Part shown: piece after piece, positions 11,016 through 17,685 of the stretch
How positions within the stretch are numbered: position 1 is the first letter of the stretch
How the letters are laid out: the number at the start of each line of letters is the position of its first letter
DNA from: Trichodelitschia bisporula
Taxonomy: Eukaryota
Assembly: GCA_010356995.1 (NCBI GenBank)
Contig: ML996690.1
Coordinates: 932,155 to 952,154, forward strand
Length of the DNA stretch: 20,000 bases
Direction of reading: 5' to 3'
Position numbers and translations under genes: made by a program
The notes under the pieces: model-generated
The model's database searches: none
Seen by the model: only the letters and a program-made list of their open reading frames with translations
What the model was told of the DNA's origin: nothing

Positions 11016-11170
11016 CATAGTGGGAGTTGTAGACGGGCTGGATAGCAGATGGTCAGAGGTGAAGTATTGATAGAGTGGGGTCCAAGGCTGAGCCTGGGGT
11101 GAGCCTACGGCTCAGCCCAATTTACAGCCTGAGGCAGGACCTGAAGCTCACAGGAAGGTTAAGACAAACT

Positions 11171-13405
11171 TCAACAAATGAATTCCATGCACGACACTCG
11201 GCCGGACGCACACCCCAAGCCAACCTCACCCCCGTGAAGAGCGACGCTCGCCTCGCGGTACTCGGCTGGAAGCCAAGGACGCCTTTCTGCGCCTACAGTT
11301 ACCCATTGCTCCTTGACCATGATGGAGCGTGGAAGATCTGATCGGGGACTTCCTAGCAGCTTGCCGTCCGGCGAAAAGGCCACGGCCCAGACATGAACCG
11401 AATGGCCCTCGAGCGTCTGCAGCGCCTTTCCCGAGCCGGCGTCCCACAGCTTGACCGTCATGTCATCCGATGCCGACGCCAGCTGCTTGCCATCCGGCGA
11501 GAAAGCCACGGCGTTGACCCAAAATAAATGGCCTTCGAGCGTCCGCAGCATCTTTCCCGAGCCGGCGTCCCACAGTCTGACCGTCGAGTCGTGCGATGCC
11601 GACGCCAGCTGCTTGCCGTCCGGCGAGAAGGCTACGGCCCAGACCTTACCCGAATGCCCCTCCAGCGTCTGCAGCAAGGCATCCCAGTTGTCCCTAACCT
11701 GCGGTATTCCGGGCATCCATAGAGGCATTTGGCTTTGAAACCGCCTTTTTACAAGACTTGCTATCGGGGAAAATACCAGCGCGCTGCAATATATCTGCAA
11801 GGGAGCTAGTTCGATGGCTGACCGGTTATAGAGGACAAATCGTTTCAAGTCATGAACAAACTCCGATAGTCCGGGACACCTCTGCGCCTGAGCCAAGTAT
11901 CAGCCAAGTATCCCCACTCTGCTTTACGTCCAGCTTACCGATATCATGGACTCCAAAGACACGATGACATGGAACTCTTCGGATACCGTTTGCATCCATC
12001 CAAGCGGCTCAAGCCAATGGAGGAGATGCTCCTTCAAGAACTGATGAACTTCGCCGTCATCGTCGAGCTGAGAGCCACCCCTATGAAGATGCTGCATCCA
12101 GTAGAGGCATGCATACTGCTTCTCAGGATGGAGGGAGCCTTCAACCCTATGACGTTCGACCTCTGTCACAAGTGCACCAGGCCGACCTATTCCAAGCATA
12201 TCCTGCTTGAGGAAGTTAGACATTACTTGTATGCATTTTGTGACAAGGGCTTGATGCGCTTGCTCTTCATCAGCCCAGAGACCTGTCTTCCCGCTTCTCC
12301 CTGGATTGAGATGGAAGTCACGAAACGAAGGGTGATGTAAACGGAGTGCGTCGCCTGGTTCCTTTGAAATGTTCAAAACGGCGTGAAAATCATCCAGTGC
12401 CAGAGCCACATTCTGGACAAGTAGCTCACTCAAGGACCTGATCGAAAGTGGATCGAACAGGATCACGACGCTTCCAAACAGTTCCTTTAGCGTCGATCGC
12501 AGTTCCTCCACATCATCGTCTTCATAGTTGGAAAAGTATTGGCGAAGAACAGTCGCGTAGATCTCGTCGAGATGCTGCTCTGGCCCTTTCGTGGTACTAT
12601 GGCTTTGATTGAGGATCAAGCGCAGTCTCTTGGGTGCCAATGTTCTTCCTCGTTGAACAAAGCGGCATGCGGTTTCAGCTCAGATGAACAGACCACTGGA
12701 ATTCCGGACAAGAGAGTCGATGACTTGCTCGCCTGGCCAATCTTGGCCAAAAGAGCGTTCCCGGGCTAGACGTTCGAACTCGTGCCGTAGGAAGAAGCGG
12801 ATATCATTGTCAACAGTCGACTTCTCAATTCTGTGGAGCACAAAGTCCAGGTGCTCGCTTGTTGGAATTTCGGATAACTGAGACCGGATTGGTACTTCAG
12901 GTCTACTCGTTAAAAACAGCCGGAGCCGGGTTTTCTTCAGCAACCGAAAGAGATCCAGAATTTCCCCTATGTCGTCCTCGCCCTCGCATTCGTCCAGGGC
13001 ATCGACCACCAGGGTGTACGGAGCAGAGGAGGTGTCACCTTCAAGCTTCGACATGGGACCGAGGATGAGATGGTACCACTGACTGCGGATAGGCTCTTCA
13101 GTGATGGTGTCTCGCTCCTTCAGAGCCTTGTAGAGAGTCTGTTTTACCCCCGGCACATTGTCTGCAAGTTGTGCTGCGATGCTTGCCACGAACTTGCCGG
13201 CATGCCGGACATCTGCGCCACTTCGCGAGAAGAATAATCTGACTCCAAGCCTTCCCTTCCGAAAACATTCGGCGGCCACAGTTTGAGCCACGGTGGACTT
13301 GCCGGTGCCAGCTAAACCACTCAACCAGAAAATATTTGGCGAGTTCTCCCCGTAAGCCCAGGCGTAGATCTCTTTGAGAAGTTCGGCCCGGGTACCAATC
13401 AGGCT
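11171..13405 (-). pseudogene. Inverted, 5'-truncated NACHT-WD40 paralog of the 5669-9608 NLR (no PNP domain)
   Basis: Homology starts at LIGTRAELLKEIYAWAYG (about 13403), with Walker A GLAGTGKST and Walker B LVVDALDEC. One in-frame TGA at 12682-12680 replaces the W of GLFIW. A GT-AG intron lies at 11938-11888, followed by about 2.5 WD40 units and the C-terminus [10 protein letters not shown]. No convincing ATG or effector domain upstream. Confidence 0.92.
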
Positions 13406-13884
13406 CTTTCGTTGGCCAAGATTCAAGCAACTTAACTGAACGAGCGAACCGGCAGGATACGCCTCGCTCACCCAATTCGCTGACGAGAAGACAACAATGG
13501 CCCAAGATACACCATTGTACGACGCTGGCTTAGGGGCGGCCTCCGTTGGGCAGCAATGCAAAGCGGGGGAAGGTTGACAAAAAACGGCCGATAAATGTCA
13601 AATCTGCCCTACCCTCGTTGGCTTAGGGTGTAATTTGCTCCAAGCAAAGGGGGTGGTTTGTAGATTAGTTGGTGGTCGGACCGGATTACCGGTCCCCGAG
13701 GATCACCACGTATGAACCTGGGCAACCGGAGATCTCGAGGAGATCAACGGTTCGCACTGTACCTTTCGCACTATTTGCATCCGCTATTGACTGGATTAGC
13801 TCGCCTAACTACCTATCAATCCACTAAGAAACACCTTTATTGCTTACATTCGAACCGTTCACCCCCAGGGGCAGCGGCATAGCG

Positions 13885-14545
13885 ATGGCAGTCCCCAAGA
13901 ATGCCCACTCGGCTCCAAAGGCAAGCAACCCACCCGCGAGCTGATATCTGATGCTGCAGAACCCTTGGGCACTCCAACGGCTTCCTCTGCTATCGAATTC
14001 ATCGTCCCAGAAGAGCGGTACCGCGGTTCGCAACGCGTCATTCCTGGGGACAACCCCGGCGAAACGAACTTCCGGCACGACAAGTCGAATTAGCCGCCTG
14101 ATGACCAGGCCGACTCTGAAGACGAAAGGGACAACTCCTATCGCACTCGCACTCTGCCGGCTGAGGCCTCGGCTAGAACTCTTTCGTCTCCGAGCGATCG
14201 TGGCCTGGGAAGAGGAACGTCTCGAAGTGCTGAAACTTCGCGCACGCCCCCATGCAATTCAGGAAGCTGTCGAAGCTGAAGATCGCGGTGAGAGCACCCT
14301 TCTCCACAACCCGCTGGAAGTGACTGGCATCACGCAAGCCAACGCCACAATGACGGACTTCTCCCAGCCGGTGCCGCGGGAGTGATGCCAGCACTCGTAC
14401 TTCGTCGTTCTCCCACCCCGCCGGGAGTAGATGCCATCCTTGGCATGCCTTGGCTCGAGACCTTCAACTCCGCGTTGGATCTCCGCCGCAAGACGATGAC
14501 CTTCCGCGGGAACCCGCCCGCTTCCACAACGATGCGACGGCTACT
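13885..14545 (+). mobile_element. Ty3/Gypsy retrotransposon remnant (possible gag start plus C-terminal half of aspartic protease)
   Basis: LHNPLEVTGI..., then from 14430 DAILGMPWLETFNSALDLRRKTMTF, matching the retropepsin C-terminal motif DxILGMPWLxxxNPxIDWxxxTMTF. It has stops and frameshifts and ends where the next LTR begins. Confidence 0.7.
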
Positions 14546-14945
14546 TGTCACGGGGTGAAGCTGGACGCAGGTTGCACCCGCTTTGGGATGTAAAAGAGTT
14601 TCAATAACTTCTGAAAGAAAGCTCTCACCGATGCTACATAGAGTGGATGTCGGGGGTGGCCTTACTATTCTCCGGTCTACGGTCGCTAGCGCAGGCCGCA
14701 GGCCTGTGCGCCAGCTTCAAAGGGTTAGCCCGTCATATCACACCCCTCCTCCGCCTCCGCTATAGGTCGGTTCATCTGCAGAGCCTCCCATTGATCCAGG
14801 GCGGCTGTCTCCACGTTCTCCGCCGGTTCCCAAGTTGGAGTCGGCCAACCCATTTGACGAGGAATTGGCGTACTGTTCGATTTCCTTTGCCGGGTAGTCG
14901 TTTGAGGCGTTCACCAACGATCTCCTCCGCACCGTATTCTTCGCC
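14546..14945 (-). mobile_element. 3' end of a chromovirus (Ty3/Gypsy): chromodomain, polypurine tract, 3' LTR
   Basis: The minus strand gives GEEYGAEEIVGERLKRLPGKGNRTVRQFLVKWVG/PTWEPAENVETAALDQWEAL (chromodomain with one frameshift, about 14945-14780). The PPT GGAGGCGGAGGAGGGG is at 14758-14743. The LTR runs from TATGACGGG (14737) to CCCCGTGACA (14546). Confidence 0.85.
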
Positions 14946-15062
14946 GGATCCTCACCGCTATTCATCCTGTAGGGTAGTGCAGTTCCGGTCGGCAGACTGG
15001 GCTTGGTATTGTCCTACCGATCATCACTTCGCCTTGATTGAAGCAAGGGTATGAATGTTAGA

Positions 15063-15352
15063 AGGGTTTTCCGGCCGACAGCCCTCTACACAGCAAGTGA
15101 CGATCAGGCACGTTCAACGTAGCGACGCATGAATCAAACCACAAAATCCACTCGGTGGGTATCGGCCAGCCACACCAATGCTCGCCTTCGATCCCTCTTC
15201 TCCACCTCGCTCCCAAAGCCCAACCCCACTCCAAACGCGCATTCCCTACCCTATACTCACCGCTTGCACTGCGCCACTCATATCCGGCCACGCTCCCTCT
15301 GGCTCTCAGCCGCACTCACACCAATGCACTTCTCGAAATCACACTGAACAAA
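15063..15352 (+). repeat. Left arm of a ~290-bp degenerate inverted repeat
   Basis: Blocks ttccggccgac, gtgacg, aatccactcgg, gccttcg.tccct, ttctccacc, ccacgctccc and ctcgaaatca..ctgaacaa recur in order on the minus strand of 16260-15990. Confidence 0.8.
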
Positions 15353-15749
15353 ACGGTTGGGGCGGGATGCCGTGCGAGAGCAGGGTGTACCACAGGAGTG
15401 TGCCGTTCTGCGGCTGCTGAGGCGTTGGATGGGCGCAACCTCTACTACTAACGTAGCACTGCCAAAACCACCGCCAATCCGCGACCCCCGCCTCCCTCCT
15501 CGTTGGGCCATCGGAGGGATTGCGTTGGGAAGGAACGGGTGGTTGTGCCTAGGTGCGGGGAGCGGCGGCCGGTGAGGGTCTGCATGCCGGGGCGATGCAC
15601 TGGTACGGAAGGGTTTTCGTGTGCGGCGTGACTTGCTGCTGGGCTGCAGCTGGCTCTGGCTGGCGGGCCGTCATACTGGCTGACCACGGGTGGGAAGGCA
15701 GAGTAGCCGTTTCCAGTAGGGCCGCGGATAATTGCCGTGACATGCTTAG

Positions 15750-16001
15750 GGACGAAGTGGAGCAGGAATGGAGACGGATCGTGGGAGATAGCACGGCGGC
15801 AGAGACAGCGTGTTTCAGTTGCAACTCACTGATCCAGGACGGTGAGAATATCCATCAGCAGCGCGTCCAAGTCGCTATCCCGCGCCGCCTCTTGCTGTGC
15901 GCGTTCCGCCTCTTGCTGTGCGAGTTTCTCCTCTTGCCGTGCAAGTTTCTCCTCTTAGAAAAGCTTTTGTAGTCCGGCGATTCAGGCAGGTTGTTCAGCA
16001 T
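15750..16001 (-). pseudogene. 5' remnant of a coiled-coil-leader gene with 21-bp tandem repeats (15888-15956)
   Basis: ATG at 16001 gives MLNNLPESPDYK, then a 1-nt shift to LF*EEKLARQEEKLAQQEAERAQQEAARDSDLDALLMDILTVLDQ. The unit cctcttgc.gtgc starts at 15888, 15909 and 15930, with a partial unit at 15951. Confidence 0.55.
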
Positions 16002-16260
16002 GATTTCGAGTGCGAATGACGTCACGTGTATTCGTGCGAGTGGGAGCGTGGTTGACGTGAGTGCGAAGTGCTTGTGGATGGAGAAATGCGGGGTGGAGAA
16101 AGGTGGGTGGAGAAAGACAGGCAAAGGGACCGAAGGCAAGCTTCATCGGTGCTCGCGGATTAAGGATCAGCCGATCTCCGAGTGGATTCGGTGGCTTGAT
16201 AGAATCGCATGGTGGCTAGTGCACGGCGTCACATGCCATGAGAGTCGGCCGGAACAACCT
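15990..16260 (-). repeat. Right arm of the ~290-bp degenerate inverted repeat
   Basis: Its reverse complement aligns blockwise to 15063-15352, and its inner end contains the ATG at 16001. Confidence 0.8.
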
Positions 16261-16743
16261 TGGTACGCCCGCCCTAGTCAATGCATCAATGCGCCAAGCC
16301 ATGTCGATGCCCCAATCAACGCGGCCAAGTCATGCGTCAGCACCCATGTCAATGCGCCCATGGATTGCAGACCTGGTTCATGTCGTGTTTCTCAGTTTTA
16401 GAGCGTCTGTCATTTCTCGGCATCGGCAACATTAAGCGTCTAACCAACCAAGTCGAAAGTGCCATGCAAGCCATTCATTATTGGAAAAGATTTGAAAGGA
16501 TGAGCACGTTCGCTAGAACAACAACAAGAGCTTTCGAACAATTAGAGACACAAGGAACAACATGAAATTGAAAATAATGGCCTCCTGCTGAAGCTCGTGT
16601 CCCAAATTTGTCGACCAGGAAACCCTCGTACTCCTACGCTATCAAGACGACCCCTCACCCGAGTCACTCCACCAAAAAAACGCCTGTAACTCGAACAGGA
16701 GCCGGATTGCCCTATCCACCACCTACGAAGTATTGAATTTCCA

Positions 16744-16920
16744 TCACGAGTTAGCGTTACAGCGTTGGGGACAACTGCACTTGTGGATGGCGAGGTTCCC
16801 ACGTTGGGAAAATTCCTGGCCACATTCACAGGCAAACGGCTTTTCCCCGGTATGGGTGCGCTTGTGGTCAATCAAGGGGTCCGACCGTGAAAAGGCTATG
16901 CCGCAGTTGGCAACGTGTCA
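16744..16920 (-). pseudogene. Tandem C2H2 zinc-finger remnant
   Basis: Reads (TGA)[57 protein letters not shown], with the canonical HTGEKPF linker. The first Cys position is TGA (16920-16918). It is not in the ORF track. Confidence 0.8.
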
Positions 16921-17685
16921 GGGGCTCACAGAGTATCACGATAAACAACTGGGGGGGTTGACGCTGCATTCTAACTACGGGGAAGAGAGAATGGGGAAGG
17001 CTTAACAGCGAGCTCTTTAGGAAAGCTCGCAAATCTTTGCCAAGACTAGTGGTCGCTTCGTCATCCACTTCTTGATGAGTTGGTCCTTCCTCCCATGATG
17101 CTTCCACCTCCCATCCCACCTATCCTAGGGTAGAACCATGACATGATCCCCCCCTTCTATGCGCTGCCCCTGCGAGCATTCTTTTCTTCCATCTTTCGTT
17201 TCTCCGTCTGTATAGTCTTCTGGCGCTGCTCTGTGTTTCACAGCCCGCCCGCGGGCGGGATGTGTTCCTCTTGGATAATAATGGTTGCAAGTTCCTTCCT
17301 ATCTCCCTGTTCACGTCTTCTTCCCAGTTGTCCCATGTTTCTTCTGTGTAGTTCTTGAAGCTCTCGGGTGGTCCCGATTTGGTGGTGTATCGTTTGTGGT
17401 AGTCATTGACTAACTTGGGGCCGTTGGAATGCGTTGGCTGTGTTCAGCCTTACCCAGTTTCACCCACAAAGCTCGAGTATAAGAAGACTCGGGGTCCCCA
17501 CCTCTTTGACAATCAAGCAACTTGTTCATGACAGACCTTCGGTCCAACTTGTGATGCAGTGATGTTTCCATTGATCACGCATCGCCTTTTAACACTCTTT
17601 TGCATGGAACATGCTGGAGACATTTCTTGCACAATGTTCATTCCTTTATTCCTTCATGGTACCATGAATGTACAGCGTCGTTACC

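Noticed and set aside
11086..11117. 9-bp hairpin ggctgagcc/ggctcagcc downstream of NLR copy 2
   Set aside because: Too short to distinguish from chance, and intrinsic terminators are not relevant to fungal Pol II genes.
13406..13561. N-terminal extension of the 293-aa ORF as a novel effector or amyloid motif
   Set aside because: It starts at TTG, has no N/Q/G-rich HRAM, PP or sigma-like pattern, and probably reflects read-through into non-coding flank.
14546..15742. TGTCACGG...CCGTGACA 8-bp inverted termini suggesting a single element
   Set aside because: No TSD, and the left end is better explained as the 3' end of the minus-strand LTR.
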